Positions 17,020-28,700 of a stretch of DNA of 64,000 nt are shown here, piece after piece. Each line of letters begins with the position of its first letter. Position 1 is the stretch's first letter. The notes under the pieces are model-generated. The model was not told where the DNA came from and did not search any database. It saw only the letters and a list, made by a program, of their open reading frames with translations. Origin of the DNA: a virus; the IMG/VR virus record IMGVR_UViG_3300035676_000002, positions 48,443-112,442 of that record; one strand, given 5' to 3'. The translations under genes and the position numbers were made by a program.

Positions 17020-19969
17020 TCACCGTACCTACTGTGCCAAGCGTATCTATCACAAAGCACATAACTCCATCTGAGCTTGCCACTGCCGTTGATCCAGTAT
17101 ATTGCAACCATTTCGATACCGAACATGGGGTGTTCGTACACGAAGAGGCAATAACAGCATCCGAACTAATGCCGATAGCAGGATTAGCCTTTAGAATAAG
17201 TCGCGGGGCTGACCCTCCATTCCATGATGCGCTTTCATAAACGGTTGACCATGCAGTAATGCTATGGCCACTTCGGACGGTTGTGCAATGTTGACTCGAT
17301 TCCATTCTGTATGTAGCGTCTTTAGGGGTCAGTTTTTCAGAGGGGCTTGCTCCGTTGAATGTTACAGTATCCCTCTCGATAGTTCCAAGCGTTACCCATG
17401 ATTTAAATGCTCCTACAACTTGGTCGTGATCCGTAGAGTGTAGCCAGTTATTGCTACGCCAATCAGTATTAGGCCAATTTCCTGTGGTGCCGGGGTATAT
17501 TTCCACTGGCGAGGCGAGAAGGGTATTCCACATATCGCCTTGGAAAAGATATCCTTTAGGAATATACAAATCGCCATAAGTATGCATTCCATTCGACCCC
17601 GAACATAGTGGATGCAGATTCCCACACGATCCTATTTTTGTATTGATAATACGGACATCCCTGTATCCGTCGCCATTAAAATGTATCCCATAATATCCAT
17701 ATTGGTGCAAAGGAGTAGAAGCGAGAGTAGAGTCTACAAGAGCAATTCCATTACCGAGGGAAATAAGTTGAGCATAATTATTGCTAGCCCCATTACCAAT
17801 AGCTATTAAATTTGATAATGTTAAATCTCTTGTATTCCCTGTAGTGATGCCAGCTTGCCCATTGAGTAGCGATACTAGCCCATCAATCGTGCTCCTTGAT
17901 CCATGATGGAAATAGTTAAGATCGAATCCATAAGTAGCATTAGATACAGAAGTGTTATTATTGTAATTCCCAGAAGGAACAATTGCCCCATCGGAATATA
18001 ATCCACCAGTGCTATCTGAAATATAAATTCCTACTCCATAATTATTTGCAACATAGTTCCCGGTAGCGACTATTGGAAATCTATTTAAATTCATTCCCGC
18101 ACATCCATTGACCCTGCATCCAACGGAAAGATTATTAGTGAAAACACCACAATAGCCAGATTCGTATATACCATAATTGCTATTATCTATTACGTTATTA
18201 TCAAAATTAACCATAGCGTTCGTACACGTAGATTGGGCATGATAAAATGGATAAGTATTACTTACGGTAAAATCATGTATAGAACAATTTTGTAAATTCG
18301 TTAGCGATGATCCAGTGCTAGAGGCTGAATTGATCCCATAAGAGTAAGATGCTGCCTTACCAAGCCAATAGAATTCTGTATTTGTTGCACTAAAAGTTGA
18401 ATCATCCTGCACAAATACCGCAGAAAATAATGGAGCGCTTGATGTTCCACGAATTTTTATATTACGTGTTAGATTACCCATTGCAGCTTGAAATGGAGAA
18501 GTTCCTAAATGTGAATAAAGAGGAAAGGTTGTTGTTGTGATCTGCGTAGCACTATCTACGCTTGCGATAACTAATGTTTCTCTTTCGGAATACGATGCCG
18601 GATTTGTTCCAGTAACAACTACTGTATCACCGACCTTCCATCCCGTTGTGCTTGCTACAGTAAATACATTACCGTTTGTTGCTGGAATACAATCTACCCT
18701 ATTTTGCGTCCCGGCACTTCCATTTAAAACTAAATGTGTAGAATCAATGACATAACTAATAGAATAATTCACTCCATTAATCTTAATTGTTCCAGTTAAT
18801 CCGGTAAACGATTGTCCACCAAGTAACGTAACGGCTGTCCCAACTGTACTACAATATCCACCCTTATCGGCAGTTAGTTTTGTCCATGATGTTTTTGCGG
18901 CACCATAGGTCGTGACTCCACCCTGTCCAGTTCCTCCGGCATACCAAATATAATAAAGAGAGTCACCAGTAGTTCCCGGTACTATCTCATGTATTGCCGT
19001 AGAAGTATCTGGAACAGGAGTAGTAGCGGTTCCCATCGTAACCGTTCCACCATCGAATACGGCGAAATGCCCTCGATGCTTGAGGATATAGTTTGTAGAT
19101 GCCGCAGTACCCCACGCAAGCGTTCCTCGACCAGTTCCCCTTCCGCCCCCCAAAGATATTGAATGTGGGTTAACGGCGCTTGCGGCGGTTTGTCCAAAAG
19201 TAACCGAAGAATTTACATTATCCATCGTGACAGTAATATCATTTCCTGTCGCCTGTCCGGTATGTTCTCCATAAATATAGAGATTATCACCCTCGCCGGG
19301 AATAGCTTGCGTTGTTGTGCGAAGCATACGACACCAATCATAGCTTGCAGTCGCAGTTCTAAAAGCCCTCATGGTGTTGCTACTGGTAGTTTTTAATCCT
19401 ATTTTATATGCCTTGCCAGCGGTAAGCGTTATTGGGCTACCGAATTTAAATTGCATCAAGCCCATAGAAGTCGTTAATGCTCGCTGTGGAACCTGATCGA
19501 GTCTAACAGTAACATTTGTAACTTCCGTTGCATCAGTATTATTATATAATTGAACGTAAAGTAAATCATTGCCAACCGATGCGCTTCTTCCATATGGACG
19601 AATAAGGATAGCATCAATAGTAATTGCCCCCGGCGTGAATGTTTGCGTATAATCATACGACGTTCTAACCATGTCGTTATTTGCTTCCGTATCGGCATGA
19701 GAGGTAGTATCGACTAGCCTCCATGTCGCAGCACTGGTAAAATTACCAGTAGCAGCAGATACGAGCCTTCCCCATGTGGCGCGTGTTGTTGGCGTTGCGG
19801 TAGGAGTATTTGTTGGTGTCGGCGTATCAGTAGGCGTAGCGGTAAAAGTAGGAGTATCCGTGGGAGTTTCTGTAGGAGTATCTGTCTCCGCTTGCGCGAA
19901 ACACGTCCCAGCTAAAAGAAAGGTAAGAAAAACAAATCCTATAACTCTGTTTGAAATGTAATGGAACAT
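16991..19969 (-). CDS. Secreted G8-like / parallel beta-helix protein (tailspike or depolymerase-like) with N-terminal Thr/Pro tract
   Basis: Signal peptide ending TCFA; PT tract; GNLTRNIKIRG motif followed by Asn/Gly-rich beta-helix-like repeats (NN.SVG, NNYGVGIYI, SNATYGFDL, NGQAGI). Confidence 0.7.
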   Translation of the reverse strand: MFHYISNRVIGFVFLTFLLAGTCFAQAETDTPTETPTDTPTFTATPTDTPTPTNTPTATPTTRATWGRLVSAATGNFTSAATWRLVDTTSHADTEANNDMVRTSYDYTQTFTPGAITIDAILIRPYGRSASVGNDLLYVQLYNNTDATEVTNVTVRLDQVPQRALTTSMGLMQFKFGSPITLTAGKAYKIGLKTTSSNTMRAFRTATASYDWCRMLRTTTQAIPGEGDNLYIYGEHTGQATGNDITVTMDNVNSSVTFGQTAASAVNPHSISLGGGRGTGRGTLAWGTAASTNYILKHRGHFAVFDGGTVTMGTATTPVPDTSTAIHEIVPGTTGDSLYYIWYAGGTGQGGVTTYGAAKTSWTKLTADKGGYCSTVGTAVTLLGGQSFTGLTGTIKINGVNYSISYVIDSTHLVLNGSAGTQNRVDCIPATNGNVFTVASTTGWKVGDTVVVTGTNPASYSERETLVIASVDSATQITTTTFPLYSHLGTSPFQAAMGNLTRNIKIRGTSSAPLFSAVFVQDDSTFSATNTEFYWLGKAASYSYGINSASSTGSSLTNLQNCSIHDFTVSNTYPFYHAQSTCTNAMVNFDNNVIDNSNYGIYESGYCGVFTNNLSVGCRVNGCAGMNLNRFPIVATGNYVANNYGVGIYISDSTGGLYSDGAIVPSGNYNNNTSVSNATYGFDLNYFHHGSRSTIDGLVSLLNGQAGITTGNTRDLTLSNLIAIGNGASNNYAQLISLGNGIALVDSTLASTPLHQYGYYGIHFNGDGYRDVRIINTKIGSCGNLHPLCSGSNGMHTYGDLYIPKGYLFQGDMWNTLLASPVEIYPGTTGNWPNTDWRSNNWLHSTDHDQVVGAFKSWVTLGTIERDTVTFNGASPSEKLTPKDATYRMESSQHCTTVRSGHSITAWSTVYESASWNGGSAPRLILKANPAIGISSDAVIASSCTNTPCSVSKWLQYTGSTAVASSDGVMCFVIDTLGTVGTVNVDDWLFSE

Positions 19970-21555
19970 AGCGTTGGCGCTACCTTTCTCCCAATCACTC
20001 GTACCTTCTGGTCTACCATGCCCCTATCTTCATCCGTAAGATACAGGATGGAGTTCTCAATCAGGGAATATGCCAACCAACCTTCGCATAAATATGACAT
20101 TTTCTTATGCTGCTTACAAGCAAGACGAAGATAATTCTCTGCGAAATATGGAATAATTGGTGGAGGACCGCTTTGTGAGTTGACGACAATATCGGCAAAT
20201 TCCATCTGGACATAGCGCCGACCATAAGCGGCTTCGCTCTGCTTTAGGACACCCTGTAATCCACTGTTTGCCCTATCGGAGTCGAGAATATAAGAAAGCC
20301 GTGATGCCTCAAATTCTTTCTGTGTGTAGATATTACGAAAATATCGTATCTCAATTGCATTATATACTTGATCTATAGGAGTATCCTCTTCGTCATCTAT
20401 GCGACCAATCAATCCATTTCCTACCCCTACCTTATAGCCTGTGTCCTCACCTTCCATACGAAAGATTACTACTTCCCCATTGCGAAAACCCATAATATAT
20501 GGCGTCTGTGGGAAAAGCCTATCACGTACAAGTTCCAACACATTCCCTTGCGCGTTCTGGAAAAAGGACATATCGAACGGAAGATTTTGCAGGATTTGCC
20601 TTGCCCCAATAGATACTGGATACTGTGCATAGTCTAATAAGGTGAGAATGATCTGCTTATCTTTAGAGAGTCCGTTGAATCCAGAGCACGTTACAAATGG
20701 CAACTCTAAATTAGGAATTTGTTTATGGAATTGAATTGTACTCATTATATCCCTATTTTCAAGGGAAGTAAGGATGGGTGACGGGACTATTTCCTCAACA
20801 ATATCCCATGCATACTCGCTATCGTTTTGCGACTTATCTTCTCCGTTGACCTGTACGGAAAACGGGAACGGATGCGCTGGCGGATTAGGAGAAATCTTTC
20901 CATCTAGAATATAGAATCGAGTACCATTATCAATTTGTGGACAGAGAATGGGATAATTAATCTCGCCAAGTGCGACCTGTCGGTTGAATCTCCCATCTGA
21001 GGTTACTGGAATATCTGGAAATTCTGCCCGTGTAATTGGCTCAGTATTAGCAAATCGCACTTCCCTAAAAGGCTCTCCATCTTTTGCCTGTAATTTTAAT
21101 TCATTCGTAGCCCGATCATACGAAGCGGAGGTGACTTGCCCCCAGAATAGGGGGATAGCACTGCTAAGTGGCGTGCCAATAATATGCGAATCGACCCTTA
21201 AACTTAAACTTAAAGTACCTAAATTATCAAGAATTCTAAATGGGAATCCAGAGTCACGACCAATGACTATCTCAACCTCTTGCGTTTCTGAGCTTTTTCC
21301 CTGTGGAGAAAAGGAATATTGCACTTCTGGATTGCTGAGAAGGCATGGCTTAAAAAAATACTCCTTGCCACCATCTCCCTCAACAGCTACCCCATCTCCA
21401 CTTGCAATTAATATTGAGGAAGAGAGCGTAGCGGGATGCTGACCAGAAGAGACTGTTGCGGAAAGATTATAACCAAAAGTAATTGTATAGAGAAAATTAA
21501 CCCTTGTATCGTTGAGTTTTAGGATATTGAGGTATTCCCTGCTGATTGCTTTCAT
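19939..21555 (-). CDS. Putative tail tip / baseplate hub protein
   Basis: Position after tape measure and distal tail gene; FWGQVTSASYD...LKLQAKD and SEAAYGRRY motifs typical of hub proteins. Confidence 0.6.
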   Translation of the reverse strand: MKAISREYLNILKLNDTRVNFLYTITFGYNLSATVSSGQHPATLSSSILIASGDGVAVEGDGGKEYFFKPCLLSNPEVQYSFSPQGKSSETQEVEIVIGRDSGFPFRILDNLGTLSLSLRVDSHIIGTPLSSAIPLFWGQVTSASYDRATNELKLQAKDGEPFREVRFANTEPITRAEFPDIPVTSDGRFNRQVALGEINYPILCPQIDNGTRFYILDGKISPNPPAHPFPFSVQVNGEDKSQNDSEYAWDIVEEIVPSPILTSLENRDIMSTIQFHKQIPNLELPFVTCSGFNGLSKDKQIILTLLDYAQYPVSIGARQILQNLPFDMSFFQNAQGNVLELVRDRLFPQTPYIMGFRNGEVVIFRMEGEDTGYKVGVGNGLIGRIDDEEDTPIDQVYNAIEIRYFRNIYTQKEFEASRLSYILDSDRANSGLQGVLKQSEAAYGRRYVQMEFADIVVNSQSGPPPIIPYFAENYLRLACKQHKKMSYLCEGWLAYSLIENSILYLTDEDRGMVDQKVRVIGRKVAPTLCSITFQTEL

Positions 21556-24500
21556 TACTTAATCTCATATAAAACAACCCCATGAGAAAATAGGGTTCCT
21601 GATTCATGCTGTACTTCTATTTCATCACGCAACTGGACCAACTCTGCGGAAATGGAATCAGTTGAATCAAAAAGTATGACAAATGGTTGATTCACGTCAG
21701 GCATGAGAAGATTGTAAAATACATTAATTTCCCAATCCTCTATTTGATTCCATTGTAAACTAAATTTCTGCACTGGACGACCGAGTTTCTTAATTGTAGT
21801 AATGCCAGTTGGAGTTGTTTCCGAATGGTTAAATGGTGTTAATGTCCAGCGATATCCCCTTGTGTACTTGTGACGACGCGAGTATCCCTCTTGGCGCATA
21901 ATAGTAATAGGATTCTGGCGACCAAAGATTGCTGTACCGATCTTCACGCAGTCCTCTATGGAGTTATAAAATACAGGAATCGTAATTCGCAACCATTGTC
22001 CGAATTGATATTCTGTCCCATATAGTCCCGGCTCTGGATTTCCATATGCGCTCGTTCGCGTACCGGCGCTTCCGTCATTAAACATACGATCAGAGAAGAT
22101 CGCATATTCTAGTGGCGTACTTGCATCTATTGCTACCGTCATAGGCGATGCGCCCTCATAGATAATTGTATCCTGCGTATTAGAAATAATTCTTCTAATA
22201 TACGAAGAGTCAGGCGCAGCAATTCCATCTGTAGTTGTAGCAAGAATAATATACCAATCCCTTATGCCAGATGCGAACTGATTGATTTCCCATTTCTTTG
22301 ACGGATCAATAATGATACTTTTATTAGGTGCCGTGTTTCCAGACAATGAAGTTGCCCGAACAAATGTTCCTTGATCCACAACAGCAGTCATGGTGAATTC
22401 GGTGTAATCTGCTTGGTCCGTTGGGAAACTATTCCCCTTATATGTTGGAACCGAAATAGCCCAACGAGCATACGGAAAGTTTGTCCCAAACAGCGCAGCA
22501 GAATCGACATTCCAAACTTCACCATCACCTATCGCCTCAACAACATCAGGATCATCCCTGCGATAGAACAAATGAATAGGAAAATTTCCAGAAACGCTCT
22601 CTATCCTTCTCGCCTTCCAATAAATAAGCGGAGAATCAATGGCAATATGTTCTTTGGGGAATTGATATGATAATTTAATATTAAACTTATCCCCCGTATA
22701 GGGAACACCGAGCCACTTAAGCGAAAGGGTGCCTAATCCGATCCATTGCTTATTAAGAGAAATAGGTGGATCGACTAACCACGACGCTTCCCAAGATGGA
22801 TCGTTCCCGCTCGCTAACGTCCAATCTCGATTTGTCGTTAAGCCAAGTTTAGCATTTACGTCAGTCGAAAAAACCGCTCCATAGATACGTGAACTATTCA
22901 TTACAGAAAAAAACATGAAACTTGGCTTGACCCAACTGCTTGCTACGTCATTAGGCGTCTGTGGAACTTGCATCGGAATAGGGACATTCCCCTCTGTTGT
23001 AAGCTCTAACGAATTAAAATTATCATAAGATACGCGAGCGGCATTATCAGTTAAGAGATATAGTGCTGGTTCATTTGTCTCAACAATACTTGAACGTGGG
23101 ACTCCGGTAGGCACATAGGTTAAATCATTATTCGTAGCATTGAATCCGATCATAATTCCAGCATTTTCATATATATCCGAATAAAGCCTACGCGGTCGAG
23201 TTCTCTTATCTGTAGCAGATGGGAGTAGCCTCGTTAGGGAAATTGTATATGAACCACCCTCCGATTCATCCCCTCCCCAAATTTCAACTTGCCCTGTACT
23301 TAAATTAGAACAAGACATATATAAATTTCCGGTAATCTTGGAAAACTTGAGGAATGGAAATGTCCTGTCTGTCGAGTTAAATATCCAGATTCCTTCTAGA
23401 TTTCCAATAAGGAATGTCTCACCGGCAAGGGAAATCCCACACCCTGTTGATGTGCCACGTCCAGAGCTAGTAAGCATGATATGCTTCTGGAATGATTGCC
23501 CATAGTCTGCGGAGATAAAGGCATTACCAGCAGCATCAAGAACAAGGATATTTGTAATACTCTCTGGCGCTTCGGGTTGCGAACCAATAACAAGCCCTGC
23601 TAAACTAAAATTAGTTAATTTAGACCCTGATCCATCTGCTGTCCGATCATTCCACCGTCGAACAATTGTTGAGATATCCCTTGTTGATGGAGGCTCTGGC
23701 CGAGGCGGCATAGAAACAATATGTGTATCAGTTTGATTTGCTTCCCATTTTACAAGAAACGATCCGCCATTTCCTATACCATATGCGCTAGTATCGCTGA
23801 CACGAACAACTTTTCGTACTCCCTGTATGCTCTTTTCATCAGTAGAAAAATTCCACCCATTCCCGGCATTTTTTGCCTCGATATTGACAACCGGATTAAG
23901 CGCATTCTCTATTCGGAGAAAATTTGAACCACTCCATCCATCCTCAAGCGCATATTTATTAGTAGACCGTTTATTGAAATTACCTGTGGGTGTTTCTTCA
24001 TTCGGGAATGTTCCACAAAGTAATATAGATGGGGCAGCAGGGTCGTTCTTCAAGAGGCACGCGCCCATAATGGATGATCCACCATCATAAAGCTCAAATA
24101 TTTGCGTAAAACTTCCAGTGGAATCCCTCTCCAGTGCAGTAATCTGTTCCCCACGATTCAATAATACCATACCATCATTCGTGATAAACCAAAGATTCCA
24201 AGCGGTTTCTGATCCGGTTGATGTACTACGCTGACTTATGATTTCAACAATATTATAACGTAAATATGGACCCCAGAAGTTCTTAGTAGGCACGCCAATG
24301 CCGGGAACAATAAATGGCGTCGGGATAGACCCATCTGCCCCTGTTTGAAAATCCTCTACGGCAACTTGATATTTTGTTCCAGTTTGCGTTACGGGCGGGG
24401 AAAGAATCGTGCCTGTTTTTTGATCGTAAGAAAAATTAGAATCAAGCGGCGCAGAAACGACATAAAATGTTTTCCCTTCGTCAACACTACGCATAATAAG

Positions 24501-25736
24501 CGACCATTCGCCACCAACATAAATAATAAAACTTCCTTCTCCCTCATTCTTAATAATTTTTACAGCATTGAGAGCCATGCCATTTCGTGCTGCAAAATTA
24601 TTTGTTGGCGTAGACCACGTTCCACCATTATCATAACTAATAAGGATACCGCCGCGTTGGGTTACGGCGCATATAACCTTTCTGCTTTCATCTTCAAGCC
24701 TATCCATTGCAGTAATATATTCTGTTGTATTAACCTTATCCGTTGAGGCAACAATTCCAAAAGCATTCGCATTGCTTCCAATAGGCGACCAATCAACTAA
24801 ATCAACGCTGCTAGCAAGGACAATCGAACGTTCGATTCTATCTGGTGTCAAGATTGAATCTTCTCGACTCCCAGCAGCAATAACGAATCTCTTACCGGTG
24901 TACTCAATTGATATACCACCATCGAATCTTTGCTGATCTGTATTACTACCCAAGGCAATATCGCTTGTTTTAAGCGTGATACGTGGATTTTCTACTCCAT
25001 CTGCAATATCCATAGTGAAGATATAAATTGCCCCATAATGCGGTTCGGCAGCATTATCTCCATATGTCGTAAGAGCAATGACCGGCAAATCATCTGCCAT
25101 ACACGCAGAAAGAAACATCGGCGCATTGAGTTTTTTAATACCAGCACCAGAGATTAACCGTGACGAATATCCAAATGGCGTGAATTGCGTATTACCGTCC
25201 AACGCGCTAAAGCGATAACACAAGATGCGATAATCGCTCGTAGACGTAACATTCCCAAGGGCAAATAAATATTGTCGCTGAAGGCTATCTTCAACAATCC
25301 AGCAATTCCCCGTTTGGAATCTATATGTTTCCGCTGGGGCAAATCCAGTTGAGGCGCTTAGTTCGCCTTTCGATTGCCATGCCGTATTAATTTTACTAGG
25401 ATAATCGTCACCAGCATAGGTGATATTAAAGCGGTTTGTCTGTTTAAATTTATCAGATTGTGTTTGATTTCTTAGCTTTCCAAAAGATTTAACAGTAATA
25501 AGTAGTTCACTATCTCCATCACTAATCTTTTGCCGTTCATTGATATATACATCTCCGCTTGTAACAAGTTGTACGCCTTGAGAAAGATTCGCGTCTGCTG
25601 CCTCTGGAAGTCCGATGAATACACCAGACTCCTTTTCTATATATGACTCTAATCCGGTTGGAATAGTTACATCAGTTGGGCCAACTGGAACGGTTTTAAA
25701 AAGATAGATTTCTTTTTCAGCAGAAGGTTTTAACAT
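21555..25736 (-). CDS. Distal tail protein with beta-propeller (BNR/Asp-box) region
   Basis: Directly after the tape measure gene; Asp-box motifs SYDNGGTW, SVDEGKTF, SADYGQSF. Confidence 0.6.
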   Translation of the reverse strand: MLKPSAEKEIYLFKTVPVGPTDVTIPTGLESYIEKESGVFIGLPEAADANLSQGVQLVTSGDVYINERQKISDGDSELLITVKSFGKLRNQTQSDKFKQTNRFNITYAGDDYPSKINTAWQSKGELSASTGFAPAETYRFQTGNCWIVEDSLQRQYLFALGNVTSTSDYRILCYRFSALDGNTQFTPFGYSSRLISGAGIKKLNAPMFLSACMADDLPVIALTTYGDNAAEPHYGAIYIFTMDIADGVENPRITLKTSDIALGSNTDQQRFDGGISIEYTGKRFVIAAGSREDSILTPDRIERSIVLASSVDLVDWSPIGSNANAFGIVASTDKVNTTEYITAMDRLEDESRKVICAVTQRGGILISYDNGGTWSTPTNNFAARNGMALNAVKIIKNEGEGSFIIYVGGEWSLIMRSVDEGKTFYVVSAPLDSNFSYDQKTGTILSPPVTQTGTKYQVAVEDFQTGADGSIPTPFIVPGIGVPTKNFWGPYLRYNIVEIISQRSTSTGSETAWNLWFITNDGMVLLNRGEQITALERDSTGSFTQIFELYDGGSSIMGACLLKNDPAAPSILLCGTFPNEETPTGNFNKRSTNKYALEDGWSGSNFLRIENALNPVVNIEAKNAGNGWNFSTDEKSIQGVRKVVRVSDTSAYGIGNGGSFLVKWEANQTDTHIVSMPPRPEPPSTRDISTIVRRWNDRTADGSGSKLTNFSLAGLVIGSQPEAPESITNILVLDAAGNAFISADYGQSFQKHIMLTSSGRGTSTGCGISLAGETFLIGNLEGIWIFNSTDRTFPFLKFSKITGNLYMSCSNLSTGQVEIWGGDESEGGSYTISLTRLLPSATDKRTRPRRLYSDIYENAGIMIGFNATNNDLTYVPTGVPRSSIVETNEPALYLLTDNAARVSYDNFNSLELTTEGNVPIPMQVPQTPNDVASSWVKPSFMFFSVMNSSRIYGAVFSTDVNAKLGLTTNRDWTLASGNDPSWEASWLVDPPISLNKQWIGLGTLSLKWLGVPYTGDKFNIKLSYQFPKEHIAIDSPLIYWKARRIESVSGNFPIHLFYRRDDPDVVEAIGDGEVWNVDSAALFGTNFPYARWAISVPTYKGNSFPTDQADYTEFTMTAVVDQGTFVRATSLSGNTAPNKSIIIDPSKKWEINQFASGIRDWYIILATTTDGIAAPDSSYIRRIISNTQDTIIYEGASPMTVAIDASTPLEYAIFSDRMFNDGSAGTRTSAYGNPEPGLYGTEYQFGQWLRITIPVFYNSIEDCVKIGTAIFGRQNPITIMRQEGYSRRHKYTRGYRWTLTPFNHSETTPTGITTIKKLGRPVQKFSLQWNQIEDWEINVFYNLLMPDVNQPFVILFDSTDSISAELVQLRDEIEVQHESGTLFSHGVVLYEIK

Positions 25737-28700
25737 TATTTCATTCCAATATTCGGTTTCGGCAATAGTGTCGATCTACTTGTTTCCATACGAACCATTT
25801 CAGCAGCTAGTTCCTTCTCGCCAATCTTCACGATGATCTTAACTGGACCACCTTGATAGTTCAATGGCTTACCAGATGAATCTGACATAATATCAATCAA
25901 TTCGTTCATTTTCTTTTCGAGCTTATCTTCCTGCTGTGCTGACCGAATTGGTTCTCCACCATGTACGATAGCTGGCTGTGCTCGTCCGTTTGGCCCCGGC
26001 ACTCTCGTAAACGAAGGCGTTGCATAACTTCTCACTGCAAACTGATTAGGCGTCTGGTTATATAGTCCTGCGGTAGCTGTTACTCCAAATGCACTCTGGA
26101 ATCCCTGTAGGTTAGCATAGAATGGGGCAATCTTGCTCATTACATTTGATTCAAAATCAATAGCCTTTCTGCGTGCTTCATTCAGTGCCTTATTCCCCAA
26201 ATCAACCTGACCCGCAGCGAAAAACTCAGCAGCTTGTGATATTTGTGTTCCAATAACCGTAATCATTTGACCAATAATCGGTGTTTCAATTAAGCGTTCT
26301 TGGATTCTCTGTATGAGTCCACCAACAAGTGATTCTCCCCAACTTTTACCAGCCGCATTCAAATCTCCAGCCTTCGCAAGCGTACTAATGAATTCCCCAC
26401 CAGCAGATACAACACCTTTTAAATCCTCAATGGCTCTCTGAAGTCGATGCGTATTCATTACACCGGCTTCAGTAAATGCTTGATATGCAAGAGTTATTTG
26501 ATCTATCGACCTTGGCAAATCATCGTTAAAAGCAAGAATTAATGCCCCAACTTCATCTATAATTCCGCCACCGAGCCGAGAAAGCCGCCAGCCTCCCTTC
26601 TTTTCACGGAAACGTACATTAAGAAGTGCCCCAACTAAATCTTTTGCCTTTCCGAATGTTTTTGTAATTTCAAGAATCTGCCCTTGGGCATCCTCCATGC
26701 TTAAGCCAAGTGCCTGTGCATTATTCAAAATAGCATTAGCGACATATTCACTTTGATATGATCCTCTTCCGAATGTCTTATAGGAAGCCCCCAATAAGTT
26801 TCCGGCGATTTTTGCCTGACCCTTAAGGCTCATTAAGTCAGCACGAAGTTCAAATTTTCTTGCATTTACATTTAGTTGAGGAACGTCGATATTCTTAAAG
26901 ACCTTCTTCATAAACTGGTTAATAATATCTCTTGTTTTAGGAACCTTTGGCGCTAGCAGCAAGCCGAGCGTTACCCCAAGGATAACCCCAATTGCCGCTC
27001 CTATTGGACCTGCGACCGCCCCTGCTGACGCGCCAGCCGCCGCCCCTGCCCCTGCCCCCGCTGCCGCCCCTCCAGCCGCTCCTAGCCCCGCTCCGGCACT
27101 TGCTCCGGCTATTCCTCCAGCAACCGCGCCACCTGCTGCGCCTCCAACTATAAATCCACCTACACCACCAACAATTCCACCACCAACCCCAGCGGCGACC
27201 CTTGCTCCACCCACTCGACCAACTCCGCGTACAAGTGCTCCCGTTGCTGGACCAAGAAGAGGAATACCAATATTTCCATATTGGGCATTTACTAAATCCT
27301 GTTGCGTTACGCCGGGATTATATTTAATACTCTTAACTTTATTTGATCCAGACTGCATTCCTTGGTAAAGACTAATAAGGGCTGCGATTCCAGCTATGCC
27401 GCCACCAATGCCCTGTGCCATTCCGCTCCCGCCCTGCGCCACGCTTGTTCCTGCTGCCCCAGCACCAGTACCACCAGCAGAAGCCCCAGCGGCGGGTGCT
27501 GAACTTACCTCTGGTCCAACAAATCCAGCCTGATACGATCCTACTGCTTGACCGGCTTGCTGAATTCCTGCTGGAAAACTGTACCCATTTGCGTATGGTC
27601 CCGGCTGTGTAGGCTGAATTGGCGTGCTCGCCGCTGGGTTAGAAGCCTTTGAGAGATAATTCTGCAATATGTCAGTTACATTACCACCAGTTTTAAAAGC
27701 ATTTTCTATTTGACCAATTAGATTTGCCCCGGTATCCTTTCCTCCCTCTTTTCCCAAGCCGGGAATATACTCAAGGAGATTTTTCTTCATAAATAGATCA
27801 AATCCAGCCTTACGCTTTACTGTCTCCTTGATTGCTTCTGTTAGTGACGAAGATACAGCCTCATTAAAACTCTTTGCAATCATCTCGGAGAATTTACCAC
27901 CATCAGTGACGAATTTCCCAAGCGCTTCACCGAGGCTCGATGTTATTGCCTGTCCAATGTTAATGAATTCTTTACGAATCTTCAGAAGTTCTAGGTAAAG
28001 TTCAAATGCCTTAAGTTTCGCTTCCTCTAGTTTATTAACAATAGCATCCCGTGCCGCAGTTTCGTCACTTCTCGTCTTAATTAGATTTGCCTGTGCTGCA
28101 TTAATTTCTGTTTCTGCCGCTTGGATTTGCTGGAGAACTTCCTTTTCCGTCATGCGACTTTCGTTGATCTTTAACCCAAGCTTAAGCCTTACTTCCTCTA
28201 ATGCATTTGATGATTTTAATGTTTCTAACTGTGCTTGCTTATAGGCTGTTTCCTGCGCGAGCAATGCACGATCCGGTTCTACGAGTTTCGCATCAATGAG
28301 TTTTTGACGCTGTATTGGATTACTAATATTAGAATATTCGATCTGCGCTGCTTGGTACAGTTTATCGACAGCCTCCTTAGATTGCTCGACGGCTTTCTTA
28401 TTTAGTGCTTCAATATCTCTTCGGTATCTTAGTTCTTCTGTCCCGGCTTCAATACTCTTCTTTGCCATTTGCTGCTCTTGTGCATTAATTTGCTTAACAA
28501 GGCCAAGGCGTTCCCGCGTTTTATCGGTAACTTCCTGCGCTGATTTAAATTTATCTTCTGCGCTCGTTGTTTCGATAGCAGCAATATTGGCACGTTGCCT
28601 AACAATATCTACTTCTTTATTGATAATTCCTAATTCATACGATTGTGCAATTCGCAACATCTGCAATTGCGTTTCGATAGAATTAGAAATCGGCAATATT

